From positions 1 to 64,000 of the forward strand of contig CAWCRS010000008.1 in NCBI GenBank assembly GCA_963798085.1: a stretch of 64,000 nucleotides of DNA, in the 5' to 3' direction. Both the position numbers and the translations under genes were made by a program. Of the stretch, positions 1-11,207 are shown piece after piece (within the stretch, counting starts at the first letter, position 1; every line of letters starts with the position of its first letter). The notes under the pieces were generated by a model. The model did no database searches. It was not told the origin of the DNA and saw nothing but the letters and a program-made list of their open reading frames with translations. Origin of the DNA: an uncultured Gemmatimonadales bacterium. GTDB taxonomy: Bacteria > Gemmatimonadota > Gemmatimonadetes > Longimicrobiales > RSA9.

Positions 1-281
1 ACGTCGTAGATGGCGTGCCCATTGGCGGTCATGGCAATGCCGAACGGGGAGTGCGCGAAGACGAGGCGGGCGTGCCCCGCCGCCTGTGGCGTCGTGTTCG
101 TAGGGAGCAGCAGCAGCTCGAAGGGACCGATGGGCAGGTGCGTCGACTGCTGCGCGCTCGTGACCGGCGCGCCTGCGAACAGGGCTGTCAGCGCGAGCGC
201 GAGCGCGTACCGCAGATGCGGCAGCGGGGACCGGCCGCCAGGGTTGCGGGACCGTGAGGCGGCCGGTCCGCCGCGGGGCAT
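1..281 (-). CDS. Secreted protein, 5' part only (runs off the window); possibly the N-terminus of a multicopper-oxidase-type protein
   Basis: ATG at 281 overlaps the TGA (281-283) of the upstream LVIVD gene. Manual translation MPRGG...YALALALTALFAGAPVTSAQQ...ARLVFAHSPFGIAMTANGHAIYD has a signal-peptide-like segment. Product is a guess. Confidence 0.55.
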   Translation of the reverse strand, partial: MPRGGPAASRSRNPGGRSPLPHLRYALALALTALFAGAPVTSAQQSTHLPIGPFELLLLPTNTTPQAAGHARLVFAHSPFGIAMTANGHAIYD

Positions 282-1684
282 CACCGCCCGCCGCCGCCTG
301 CAGGCTGCGTGGCGGCGCGCGGGCCGCGCTCGGGCCCGTGATCCCAGTCCTGCACGCTGGAGATGTTCGGGCTGGCCGAAGTCGTGGCCGTTCCAGCCGT
401 TGAAGCCGTCCATGCGGAACAGCCAGAGACCGCTCCTCATGTCGGACAGCACGATCAGGCCGTCGCTGTTGCGCACGTCGACGCCGAACGCGCCCTGCTC
501 GACGCTGGTCGTGCTCTCCCAGCCGTTGTTGGGATTGCCGCCGAAGCCGTGCTCGTGCTCGCACTCGCAGGTGTAGAACCAGCCGTCGGTCTTCGGGTGC
601 TTCGGGTCCTTCAGGTCGAAGATCTGCAGGCCATCCTCGTACGCGGAAACGAACACGTAGGGCCAGCGCACTTCGTGGTTATGCGAGAGGTCGCGCCAGT
701 CGGCCGTCCAGGCGCTGAGCGGGATGTCGAGATTCTGCGCGGTGCCCTGCTGTCCCGGCGTCAGGTCCCAGATGCGCAGCGGTGTGTACTGGTACTCGGT
801 CTCGGTGACCGCGTACTTGCCGTCGGGCGAGGGCGTGAAGGTGTGCGCGATGTCGAGACCGAGGCCGGTGATGGTAAACATCTGTTTGGGCGACTCGATC
901 TTTGTCACGTCCCACACGGAGTACCCACCCAGTCCCGCGCCGTAGAACTTGTCCTGGTGCGTGGCGGGATCGTAGCCCACATAGAAGTCATGGTAGCCGC
1001 CCGTGCCCATCTGGCGGAACGGTGTGGGATTCGGCACGGAGCCGACGAGCCACGTGTCCGCGGGCGCGCCGCTCACCACCTTGCCGAGATCATAGACCAG
1101 CGCCTTCGCCTGGCCGCCCACCGTCACGAAATACAGCGCGCGCCCATCGGAGTGCTTGTAGGCGAAGGTGTTGTGGAAGCCGCCCGGCGACTGCGGGTAG
1201 CGGATGCGCGCGACGACCTTGACCTTCGACGTCGGGCAGGCCGGTCACGTCGAAGATCACCGCGCCCAGGTCGGCATCCGGGCTGCCCTGCATGAACTGG
1301 AACGACTGCGCGAAGTAATAGCGCCCGTCGATCTTGAAGTACTTCCCGTCCATGGCGCCAATGCCCTGGTGCAGCTCGGGATTCTCGATCGTCCAGTCGA
1401 ACACCTTCTTCGGATTCGCTGGATCGCGAATGTCGTAGGCCTGCACGTCGAAGTTGGTGAAACCGCTGAGATAGACGTACGGCCGGCTCGGGATCCTGCT
1501 CGATCTCGATGTCGGAGGCTTTCCACGCCGACGCGTGGCCGGTGACGTGCGCCACCATGTGCACCTTGTCGCTGCCCGCGTGCTTGCGGGCGAAATCCGG
1601 CACGGCGACGCCGGCGTCCTGTGCCTGCACGGCACTGGCGAGCCCGAGCACGGCAATGGCGGCGAAACCCAGCGATCTGCGCAT
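281..1684 (-). CDS. Secreted LVIVD-repeat beta-propeller protein (two frameshifts, ~1490 and ~1230)
   Basis: GGAGG RBS before ATG 1684; signal peptide MRRSLGFAAIAVLGLASAVQA; repeated blades (AYDIRDPANPK, IFDVTGLPD, VWDVTKIESPK, SAYEDGLQIFDLKDPKHP, GAFGVDV) spread over three frames. Confidence 0.75.
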
Positions 1685-1787
1685 ACACCCTCCTGAATGT
1701 GGACACGGGCCCGCGTTACGCGGCACCGCGGAATGGATTCCGGAGCGGGCGCAACACGGGTCGTGAAGCGGCAAGGAGACAGGAGCG

Positions 1788-1816
1788 AAGCTGTGACGGC
1801 ATGCGGCGCGTGTCAA
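1788..1816 (-). promoter_or_regulatory. Candidate sigma70 promoter for the LVIVD gene
   Basis: Minus-strand TTGACA (1811-1816), 17-nt spacer, CAGCTT (1788-1793); the -10 box is weak. Confidence 0.35.
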
Positions 1817-1956
1817 CCGCGCCCGGCCCTTGCAGCGCCCGTGGTGGCCAGCCGCCGCCCGACTGCGCGCACCGGGCCCGAGCGGGGAAATTGCGCGCCA
1901 GACAGGCTTTGCCCGTGTGCCCGCGCACGTACGGGCGCTCCCAACCACGGATTACG

Positions 1957-3162
1957 TCAGAAGAACAGGCTGACGGAGAGATAGCCGGACAACGGAGCGA
2001 CGCCGAACTCGGTACGCGGGCCGGTCGCCTGCACCGAGTCGTTACCCGTGGGCAGGAACAGGCCACAGCGCAGCGTGATCTCGTTGCTGGCGGAGAGTGC
2101 GAGTGCGGGTGCGACGAGCGCGCTCCGATCGTCCAGGTCCCACAGGGCGAGCAGCTCGGTGGAGAGCAGCGGGTGCAGCTGATACGTCGCCTGCAATGCG
2201 ATCACATCACGGCCCAGCACCTGCAGCTCACCGCGGCGGTACGGTGCGGATGCCACGGTGCTCAGCACCTGGCCCGGCTCGGCGGCACCGAAGCCATCGC
2301 GCTGGTACTCGAACACGAAATAGAGGTCGCGGCCCGCCACCGTGCTGCGCCGGTCGACGCCGGCGGCGCCGCGGAACACGGCGTCGCCCTGCTCACCGCG
2401 GAGCGTGGCCTCGGCGCGCAGCTCCCAGGCGCCGACGGAGCCGTCCGCGGCGAGCGCGGCCGCGGGCTGGTCGTGCAGCACGCCGGCCCAGCCGGAGATG
2501 TCCCAGGGCTTCAACGTGGTGCGCGCCCGTGCCAGCGCGGTCATCGTGCGACCCTCGCCGGTCTCCGCGGGACGCACGATAACATCGAGTTCCGTGAACG
2601 GGCCGGCGAAGTACTGCGCGCGTGCGGCATTGACACCGGCGCGGTACTCGCGGAAGGGATCGGCGGGATCGAAGGGGCTGAAGGGATCCGCCGGCGTCAG
2701 GAAGAGCGTCGTCGCCCAGGACACGGTCTGCCGTCCCAGCACGATCTGGAAACGATCATTCGACCAGGCGGCGCTCAGACGATCGATGCGGTGACGCCAG
2801 ACGGATGTGGTCGCTCGCGTGCAGCGTGCCGTCCAGCGTGAGCCAGTCACCGGACGCGCGCGTCTCACCCGTGGCGAAAACCATGCCCGCGTCGGCACGA
2901 TCGCGCAGCTGCAGCGTGTGCTCATAAGCGAAATCGAAGTGCAGCGTCCCTGCCACCGGCTGGGCCATCAGGCGCAGGCGCTGCAGGTCGGAAGCGGCCG
3001 AGTGCACCAGCGGCGAGCTGCCGTTGGCGGTGCCCACATTGAGGGCATAACCCTTGATTAGCGACTGCGCGGCGGTGGGCGAGGGCGGCAGCAGCGCGCA
3101 TATGGGCAGCAGCAGGGTGCAGGCGAGCGGGACGCGGCCGCGCGCTGCGCAACATGCGTCGC

Positions 3163-3166
<4 letters not shown>
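1957..3166 (-). CDS. Putative outer-membrane beta-barrel protein of the Lol-like ABC operon (frameshift ~2800)
   Basis: Joins ORFs 2756..3166 (signal peptide) and 1957..2925 (RHRIDRL...GRQTVSW...PADPFSPF...EYRAGVNA); ends in Phe (SVSLFF); GTG overlaps the ATPase stop. Confidence 0.7.
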
Positions 3167-3860
<694 letters not shown>

Positions 3861-3864
<4 letters not shown>

Positions 3865-5200
3865 TGTTCGAACTTCATGGCTTCGGCAAGATCGATGTGC
3901 ATGGCCTGCCGCGCGGGATAGAGGGACGCGAGTGCGCCAATGATCACGGTGAACGCCAGACTCAGCGCCAGCGCCGTGACGCGGAACGCGGGAACAATGA
4001 CGGGATCGATGATCGTACCCGCCATGGAGAAGTCGCCTTTCGATCAGACCGGAGATGTCGAGGCCGTGCCGCCAGAAGACCCAGACCACGGCGAAGCCCA
4101 GCACCATGCCGGCGGCGCCGCTCACCAGGCTGAGCATGAGACCTTCGCCGAACACCACCAGGCCGGTGTCGCGACTGCGCAGGCCCAGCGCACGCAGCAC
4201 GCCAAACTCGCGCCGCCGGTTGAGCACGGACATCAGCACGGCATTGAGAATGGCCAGCGCCACGATGGTGAACAGGATGGCCATGAAGATGTAGCCGCCG
4301 GTGTCATCGACGTGCACCGCGGCCTCCAGCTCGGGCGCGGTCTGCGGCCACGTGAGTACGCGAACACTGCTGTCAGCAGCCAGCCGCATGCGCAGCAGAC
4401 GGGCCACGCGTGCCGTGCCGCGGCTGTCCGCCAGCAGCACGGCGACCGAGGTGGCGGCGCCGGGAACGCCCAGCCAGGCGCGCGCCGTTTCGATGGGAAT
4501 CTGCACGGTGCCCTCATCGACTTCGGGGATGCCCGTGCGGAAGGTGCCGGCCACCCGTACGAGCTGGCCCGCAATGTCGCCTGCGGCGCTCTGCGCGGTG
4601 AGCACGAAGCGGCTGCCCTCGTGCAGGTCGAGTCGCTGCGCCAGCCGCACACCGACGTAGGCGGCCAGGCGATCGTCATCCTGGAGGTAGCGGCCGGCGC
4701 TCACCTGATCGGGCAGACGACTGAAGCTGCGCTCGCTCGCGGGCAGCACTCCTTCGATCTGCACGGGCAGCGCGGACGTTGGCGAGCGAGGCGAGGCCGC
4801 TGGTCGTGAGGCGAGGCGCGCTGGCCCGCAGGTACGGCTGCAGCGCGGAATCGCCCAGCGCGGACTGCACGCGCGTGAGCTGCGCAGCCGACAGGCGGTC
4901 CGCGAGACTGCCGCTCGACAGGTAGCCTCTGGACTGCAGAGTGACGTGGCCCGAGGCCATGCGCACACCCGAGTAGATCCACGATTCGTGCGCGCCATCC
5001 GATATGGTGCGCGTGATGACGAGGAACGCCAGGCCCACGGCCATGGCCGATGCGGTGAGCAGACTGCGGCGCAGCTCGCGCCGCACATTGCGCCAGGAAA
5101 GATAAGCGAGTGTCAGAATGCGCTGCCCGGCGGCGGGTCTGTGCGTTGTCAGCGGCGGCAGTGTGCCTGCCTCGGCGGGCGCGACCGGCGGGGCGCTCAT
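3861..5200 (-). CDS. ABC transporter permease, LolC/E-FtsX family (frameshifts ~4785 and ~4040)
   Basis: LAYLSWRNVRRELRRSLLT start motif; LMSVLNRRREFGVLRALG FtsX motif; reconstructed C-terminus ...DLAEAMKFEQ*. Confidence 0.85.
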
Positions 5201-6453
5201 CGGCCGGCCAGTGCGTCGGCGGGCGGCACCCGGGCCGCGCGGAACGCGGGATAGATGGCCGCAACCAGCGCGGTGAGCAGCAGCGCCACGGCGCTCTCCA
5301 CGGGCGCGGCCAGCGAATAGTCGACGCGCAGCACGGGCCGGACCAGCGCACCTGCCATGGAGAAGTTGCCGGCAACGCGGCTCAGGTCCAGCGGATGACG
5401 GTGCAGCAGCACGAGCACGGGAATGGTGAGCAGCACGCCGCCCAGCAGGGCCAGACTGCCCAGACACAGGCTCTCGAACACGACGGTGCGCACAATGCCG
5501 CCGGGCACGGCGCCCAGCGCGCGCACCACGGCGAACTCGCGGCGCCGCTCGTAGGTGCCCATTAACATCGTGTTGGCGACGCCGAAGACGGCCATGGCGA
5601 AGACAATGACCACGGTGATGAAGTTGGTGGCGGCGGCGAGCTGCACGTACTCGGCCAGCTCCGGGCGGAACTGCGTCCAGTCCTGCACCTCGGTGGCGGG
5701 CATGTCGCGCAGGCTCGCGCGCAGCTGCCCGGCAATGACCGTGGCGGAGGCGGGCACGGCCACGGCGGCCACGATTTCGTGCACGCGGGTCGAGTCCAGC
5801 GCGAGGAGTGTGCGCAGCGGCCCGATGGGCAGGAGCGCCGTCGTCGCATCGATCCCGGTGGAACCGGTGTACACGATGCCGGACACCTCGAACAGGTCGT
5901 TACCCATCGAGCCATCCACGGCGGGCGCCACGATCACCACCTGCGACCCGGGCTGCACGTGCAGGCGCCTCGCCAGTTCGGACCCGAGCACGACTTCACG
6001 CGCCCCCGCATGCGGAGCGCGCCCCGCGCTGATAGCGGCGAAGATGTTCACCACACCCGGGTCGCGCGTGACATCCACTCCGATCAGCACGGTGCCCTGC
6101 GTCTGATCGGCGGCGCTCACCAGGCCGCCGCCATACACGCGCGGCGCCGCGGCCAGCACGCCCGGCGTCTCCGCCACGCGCCGCAGCAGCGCGCCCACAT
6201 CGATGCCGCTGTCACCGCCGATCGTGGAATAGAGCGCTCGCTCGGGCAGATAGTCCGCGGCGTGAATCTGGATCTGTCCGGAGAGCACGCGCGTTCCGGA
6301 GTCCACCATCTCCGACGTCAGACCATCGGACAGGCCCACCATGAGCACGGCGGCGAGAAAACCGAAGGCGAGCGCGACGGAGGTGATCAGGGTGCGTCGC
6401 TTGTTGCGCCACAGATTGCGCCACGCGATGCGCCACCAGACAGCCGTGCGCAT
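5197..6453 (-). CDS. ABC transporter permease, LolC/E-FtsX family
   Basis: IAWRNLWRNKRRTLIT; MGTYERRREFAVVRALG; C-terminal YPAFRAARVPPADAL. Confidence 0.92.
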   Translation of the reverse strand: MRTAVWWRIAWRNLWRNKRRTLITSVALAFGFLAAVLMVGLSDGLTSEMVDSGTRVLSGQIQIHAADYLPERALYSTIGGDSGIDVGALLRRVAETPGVLAAAPRVYGGGLVSAADQTQGTVLIGVDVTRDPGVVNIFAAISAGRAPHAGAREVVLGSELARRLHVQPGSQVVIVAPAVDGSMGNDLFEVSGIVYTGSTGIDATTALLPIGPLRTLLALDSTRVHEIVAAVAVPASATVIAGQLRASLRDMPATEVQDWTQFRPELAEYVQLAAATNFITVVIVFAMAVFGVANTMLMGTYERRREFAVVRALGAVPGGIVRTVVFESLCLGSLALLGGVLLTIPVLVLLHRHPLDLSRVAGNFSMAGALVRPVLRVDYSLAAPVESAVALLLTALVAAIYPAFRAARVPPADALAGR

Positions 6454-7220
6454 CAGTTCCGGCTCCGCAGGTTGCGCAGGGAGAAGAAGTCCCGGTCCAG
6501 GCCCAGGTCGAACTCGAGCTGGCTGTAATGCAGTGTTGTGCTCTCGCCCGGCTTGTCCGCGGGCTCGACGCGCAGCAGAGCGGGCACCAGACGCCCTCCC
6601 ATTCTGCGGTACTCAGCGAACGTCAGCGTGCGCTGCAGCTTGCCATCCTCGTCGTAGTATCGGCCCCAGGTCGGCATCAGGTCCGCCTTGCGCACCTGCT
6701 CGACGATCTTTCCCCACACCACCGCCGCTTCCGGTTTCGGCTTCAGCACGAATTCCCAGACGGGAACCCCAGCGCGGTCGCCATCGAAGCCGATCGTGAT
6801 GTCGTAGTCGTCGATCATGCGGCTTTCCTTCACCAGGTCATCGTTCGTGAAATGCGAGCCCATCCACGAGCCCATCATGAGGGAGGCCGGGATCTTGATC
6901 GTGCGATCGACGCGCGGCAGGTAGTTCCAGACTTCGTTGCCCGCCTTGAGCGTGGCGGTGCCGGCTTCCTTTTCGGGCTTGAGCACACGGACCAGCGCGT
7001 AGTCCGTGCCCAGGGACCAGACGCGCATTTCCAGAGAGCGCGTCCAGTGCGCGGTGCGGATTTCCATGTCGACCAGTGCGCGGCTCGATGCGCCGCGCAA
7101 CAGCTGATCGACGCGATCAATGATCTCCTTCGGCGTCTGCTGCCCGACCGCCACCGCGGGCGACAGCGTGAGCGCCAGGCCCGCCACGATTCCGGAATAC
7201 AGCAGTCCAATACGCATCAC
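6453..7220 (-). CDS. Outer-membrane lipoprotein-sorting protein (LolA-like)
   Basis: Signal peptide; PEKEAGTATLK, WNYLPRVDRTIKI, SWMGSHFTNDDL and DFFSLRNL motifs; sits within the Lol-like ABC operon. Confidence 0.85.
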   Translation of the reverse strand: MMRIGLLYSGIVAGLALTLSPAVAVGQQTPKEIIDRVDQLLRGASSRALVDMEIRTAHWTRSLEMRVWSLGTDYALVRVLKPEKEAGTATLKAGNEVWNYLPRVDRTIKIPASLMMGSWMGSHFTNDDLVKESRMIDDYDITIGFDGDRAGVPVWEFVLKPKPEAAVVWGKIVEQVRKADLMPTWGRYYDEDGKLQRTLTFAEYRRMGGRLVPALLRVEPADKPGESTTLHYSQLEFDLGLDRDFFSLRNLRSRN

Positions 7221-7232
7221 TCGCTCACTCCG

Positions 7233-7862
7233 TCACTCACCCATTCCGTCCGGCACGCGCGAAGACAGCATGCGCCGGAACATGCCCATTTGCAGCACCA
7301 CGAGATGGTCCCGCTCGGCGGCGCCGAACGTGTCCCAGTTCTCCAGCAGCCAGCGGTCCCCTGCCTCGCCCAGCGCGAGCGTCGCCTCGACCAGATACGC
7401 GAGCGGCACATCCGCGCGAATCTCGCCCAGCTCCTGTCCGCGCTGCAGCACGCTCGATGTGACGCGCCGCATCAGGCGCAGCACGCGCTCGCGTGGGGCG
7501 CCGCGCAGCGTCGGCCACGCGCGCAACAAACGCACGGCCCAGCCGCTGCCCGCGAAGAACCGCGCCGAGCGCTCGACGAAGCCGTCGAGCGCGGGCCAGA
7601 ACGTGCTCGCCGTCAGCGACTCGATCGAGAATCCGCCCACGTCAGAAATCATGCGGGCCACCGCACGATCGAGCAGCGCATCGAAGAAGTCCGCCTTGTC
7701 ATTGAAATAGTAGTAGAGCGAGCCCTTGCTCATGCCCGCTTCCTCGAGGACGCGGTTGAGCGAAGCGCCATCGTAGCCGTGGTCGGCGAACGCGCGCGCG
7801 GCCGCCTCGAACAGGCGCTCCTGCCGGGCGGGTTCCAGCCGTTCGAAACGTGGACGTGGCAT
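7233..7862 (-). CDS. TetR/AcrR family transcriptional regulator
   Basis: N-terminal HTH: AARAFADHGYDGASLNRVLEEAGMSKGSLYYYFNDKADFF. Confidence 0.92.
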   Translation of the reverse strand: MPRPRFERLEPARQERLFEAAARAFADHGYDGASLNRVLEEAGMSKGSLYYYFNDKADFFDALLDRAVARMISDVGGFSIESLTASTFWPALDGFVERSARFFAGSGWAVRLLRAWPTLRGAPRERVLRLMRRVTSSVLQRGQELGEIRADVPLAYLVEATLALGEAGDRWLLENWDTFGAAERDHLVVLQMGMFRRMLSSRVPDGMGE

Positions 7863-7887
7863 CGTGCATTCTGTCCAATCCCGGTCC

Positions 7888-7931
7888 TGGACCGACTGGT
7901 CTACACTACTGGTACAGCGGACGGACGTCAA
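7888..7931 (-). promoter_or_regulatory. sigma70 promoter with adjacent TetR-type palindromic operator
   Basis: Minus-strand TTGACG (7926-7931), 17 nt, TAGTGT (7903-7908); imperfect palindrome TGGACCGACTGGTCTA (7888-7903) directly downstream. Confidence 0.7.
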
Positions 7932-8000
7932 GCGGGGCGCGGGGCCGGGCGGCGCGCGGCAGGACGGGCCGCGGGCGGGGGCTTGCAACCGTTTCACTCA

Positions 8001-8015
8001 TCTAAGAGTCTTAGA
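8001..8015. promoter_or_regulatory. Candidate PadR operator
   Basis: Inverted repeat TCTAAGA-G-TCTTAGA about 35 nt upstream of the PadR start. Confidence 0.6.
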
Positions 8016-8048
8016 GCAACCAGCGAAGGAGAGAGATTGCACGAGGCG

Positions 8049-8379
8049 ATGGCGGTGGTGAAGGGGACGCTCGATGCGCTGGTGCTGAAGGCGCTGACGT
8101 GGCGGCCCATGCACGGATTCGAGCTGACGCGCTGGCTGGAGGAGCAGTCGGGGCGGCGGCTGGTGCTGGAGGAATGCGGCGTTGTATCAGGCGCTGTACC
8201 GGCTGGAGGAGCGCGGCCTGGTGGCGGCGCAATGGGGCGTGACGGAGCAGAACCGGCGGGCGCGTTTCTACGAGATCACGGTGGCGGGCGTGGCGCTGCT
8301 GGAGGAGCAGACGGCGTGGTGGCTGCGTTATTCGGACGTAGTGACGGCGCTGCTGACGCGTGCGCCGCAGGCCGGCTGA
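8049..8379 (+). CDS. PadR family regulator (frameshift ~8175)
   Basis: KGTLDALVLKALTWRPMHGF then LYQALYRLEERGLVAAQWGVTEQNRRARFYEIT in the next frame; GGAGA/GAGG RBS upstream. Confidence 0.88.
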
Positions 8380-8382
8380 CGG

Positions 8383-11058
8383 ATGCGGCGGCGGCGATCG
8401 GGCCTGGAGTGGCGGGGGGCGCAGGATGCGGTGCGGGCGGTGGACGAGGAGGTGCGCCTGCACGTGGAGCTGCGTAAGCAGCAGTTAGTGGCTGAGGGCT
8501 GGTCGCCGGCGGCGGCGCAGCAGGAGGCGGAGCGTCTGTTCGCGCGCGGGCCGGCGACGGTGCGCGCACTCTATTCGCTGGCGAAGGGAAGGAACCGGCG
8601 CATGCGCATGCGGGAGCGACTGGAATCGTGGCTGCAGGACGTCCGCTACGCGGCGCGCAGTCTGGCGCGTGACCGGCTGCTGGCGCTGTTCGTGGTGCTG
8701 GTACTGGCGCTGGGCATGGGTGTGAACGTGACGGCGTTCAGTCTGCTCGACCGGCTGCTGCTGCGCGATCCGGCGCACGTGCAGGCGCCGCGCGAGCTGG
8801 TGCGACTGTACGGCACCGTGCAGCTGGCGTCAGGCGATCAGACCTCGTCCTGGATCCCGTGGCCCGTGTACCAGCAGCTGCACGCGAACATGGGGACGTT
8901 CACCGGCATGGGCGGGTACCGTGTCGTGCCGGAACTGGTGGGGCGCGGCGCCAGTGCGCGCACCCTGCGCGTGGGTCAGGTGACCGGCTCGTTCATGCCG
9001 CTGCTGGGCGTGCCGCCGCTGCGCGGCCGGCTTTTCCGCGCTGACGAAGACGAAGCCGGTGCGGGCAAACTCGCTGTTGTGAGCGTGGAGTACTGGCGGT
9101 CGGAGCTGGGCGGTGCGCTGGACGTGACCGGTCGTACCGTGATGGTAGGCGACGACGCGTACACCATCATCGGGGTGGCGCCGGCGGGGTTCGCGGGGAC
9201 GGAGCTGCGCCGGGTCGACGTCTGGCGTCTGATCGACACGCGCCGGGCCGGCACCATGAACTGGAACATCGTGGGTCGGCTGCGACCCGGTCTGTCGCGG
9301 CCGGCGGTGTCGGCTGATGCGCAGGCGGTGTTCGATCGCACGCGCGCAGCCGCACCGAAGTGGTACCAGGAAGCGAAGCTGTTCGCGGCGCCCATTCGCT
9401 ACGACCAGAATGGGCATGAGCCGTTCGAGGCGACGATGGCGCGCTGGCTGGCCGTCGTTTCCGCCGTCATCCTGCTGGTGGCCCTGGCGAACGTGATCAA
9501 TCTCCTGCTGGTCCGTGTGGCGAGACGGCGGCAGGAGCTGGCGGTGCGCGTGGCACTGGGTTCGGGGCGGGCGCGCGTGGTGCGACTGCTGGCGCTGGAG
9601 GGAATGCTGCTGGCGCTGGCGGCGGGCGTAGCGAGTCTCTGGGTGGCCAGGCTGACCGAGCCGGTGGTGCAGCGCGCGCTGCTGGCGGATGAAGCGACAT
9701 GGCGCTTCTCGCTCGCCGATGCGCGCGTGCTGCGGAGCGCCCTTGCGGTCGCATTGCTGACAGCTCTGTTGACAGGCATCGTGCCCGCGCTGCGTGCCGG
9801 CGGGGTGGGGCTGGCGGATGCGCTGCGCAGCGGCGGACGTGGCGGTGTGGGCGGCAATACCCGCGTGCGGTCGGCCCTGACCGTGATTCAGGCGGCATTG
9901 TCCGTGGTGCTGCTGGCCGGCGCCGGTCTCTTCCTGCACAGTCTGGCGCGTGTGCGGGCACTGGATCTGGGTGTGGACCCGGATCGCGTAGTCACGGCGT
10001 CGGTGCAGCTGCCGCGGCTCACCACGCTCACTTCGCACGCCATCAGCAACTACATGGACAACGAGCTGGCCATCTTCCGGCACCTGGTCGAGGTCGTGCG
10101 GCGCCTGCCCGGCGTGCAGCACGCCGCGATCGCGATCGGCCTGCCGCTGGATGGCGGCAGCTTTTCCGCGGGTGTGCATGTGCCCGGCCTGGATTCGATC
10201 CCGGTAATGCCGGGTGGTGGACCGTTCGCGAGCACGGTGGGCACCGACTACTTCGAGACGGCGGGCACCCGCCTGCTGCGCGGCCGTGCCTTCACGGACG
10301 ACGATCGCGCCGGCACCGAGCCGGTGCTGATCGTGAGCGAGACGATGGCGAAGACGCTGTGGCCCGGGCAGGATGCGATCGGCCAGTGCGCGCGCATCGG
10401 CCCTGCCGATGCACCCTGCCGGCGCATTGTGGGCATTGCGCAGGACGTGCACCGCACGGGTCTGCGCGAGAGGCCGTCCATGCAGTACTACATGGCGCTC
10501 GGCCAGCAGCATCTGTTCGGTGGCGCGACGCTGCTGGTGCGACCCGACGCGAATGCACCCGTGAACTGGCCGGCGCTGCGTCAGGCCGTTGTGGCGAGCG
10601 ATCCAGCGATCCGCGCGGTGGAGCTGCAATGGATGCGCGATCAGTTGAGCGGCGAGATGCGGCCGTTGCGTCTGGGGATGGTGACGTTCGGGCTGAGTGG
10701 CGCGCTCGCGCTGCTGGTCGCGACACTCGGGCTGTACAGTCTGATGGCGTACCTGGTGGCGTGGCGCACGCGCGAGATCGGTGTGCGCATGGCGATCGGT
10801 GCGAGTGATGCGCAGATCTCGCGCATGGTGATTGGCAGTGGCGCCGGCCTGGCGTTGCTGGGTGTCTGTCTCGGACTGCTGCTGACCGGCGTGGCCGGGC
10901 GGTGGGTGGCGCCCTACCTGTTCCAGACTGATCCGGTGGATCCCACAGTCTACGGCGGCGTGGCGCTGTTGCTGCTGCTGGTTGCGGGACTGGCCGGCTG
11001 GCTGCCCGCGCGGCGAGCCCTGCGCATCAGCCCCACCGAGGCGTTGCGCGCGGAGTAG
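8383..11058 (+). CDS. ADOP-type duplicated ABC permease (2x MacB_PCD/FtsX)
   Basis: 891 aa; VDEEVRLHVELR leader; QDVRYAARSL; RRQELAVRVALG; RTREIGVRMAIGA; ends PARRALRISPTEALRAE. Confidence 0.92.
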   Translation: MRRRRSGLEWRGAQDAVRAVDEEVRLHVELRKQQLVAEGWSPAAAQQEAERLFARGPATVRALYSLAKGRNRRMRMRERLESWLQDVRYAARSLARDRLLALFVVLVLALGMGVNVTAFSLLDRLLLRDPAHVQAPRELVRLYGTVQLASGDQTSSWIPWPVYQQLHANMGTFTGMGGYRVVPELVGRGASARTLRVGQVTGSFMPLLGVPPLRGRLFRADEDEAGAGKLAVVSVEYWRSELGGALDVTGRTVMVGDDAYTIIGVAPAGFAGTELRRVDVWRLIDTRRAGTMNWNIVGRLRPGLSRPAVSADAQAVFDRTRAAAPKWYQEAKLFAAPIRYDQNGHEPFEATMARWLAVVSAVILLVALANVINLLLVRVARRRQELAVRVALGSGRARVVRLLALEGMLLALAAGVASLWVARLTEPVVQRALLADEATWRFSLADARVLRSALAVALLTALLTGIVPALRAGGVGLADALRSGGRGGVGGNTRVRSALTVIQAALSVVLLAGAGLFLHSLARVRALDLGVDPDRVVTASVQLPRLTTLTSHAISNYMDNELAIFRHLVEVVRRLPGVQHAAIAIGLPLDGGSFSAGVHVPGLDSIPVMPGGGPFASTVGTDYFETAGTRLLRGRAFTDDDRAGTEPVLIVSETMAKTLWPGQDAIGQCARIGPADAPCRRIVGIAQDVHRTGLRERPSMQYYMALGQQHLFGGATLLVRPDANAPVNWPALRQAVVASDPAIRAVELQWMRDQLSGEMRPLRLGMVTFGLSGALALLVATLGLYSLMAYLVAWRTREIGVRMAIGASDAQISRMVIGSGAGLALLGVCLGLLLTGVAGRWVAPYLFQTDPVDPTVYGGVALLLLLVAGLAGWLPARRALRISPTEALRAE

Positions 11059-11207
11059 CACCACCTCCCGCACTGGCGTTTCCGCCGCGATTGCGGCGAG
11101 ATTGGGCGGGGTCCCGCTACCGCATGCAACCATGTGCCGCGACCGGGCCTCTGAATCTGGTGTCAGGACTGCCAGCGTTCAGAACAGGAGAAGCTTCTGG
11201 AGGCGAT

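Noticed and set aside
8830..11133. Long antisense and alternate-frame ORFs (also 6528..8477, 13593..15002, 24926..27379, 49938..51509, 56581..58425)
   Set aside because: They shadow well-supported genes and lack motifs; stop-poor frames are expected at high GC
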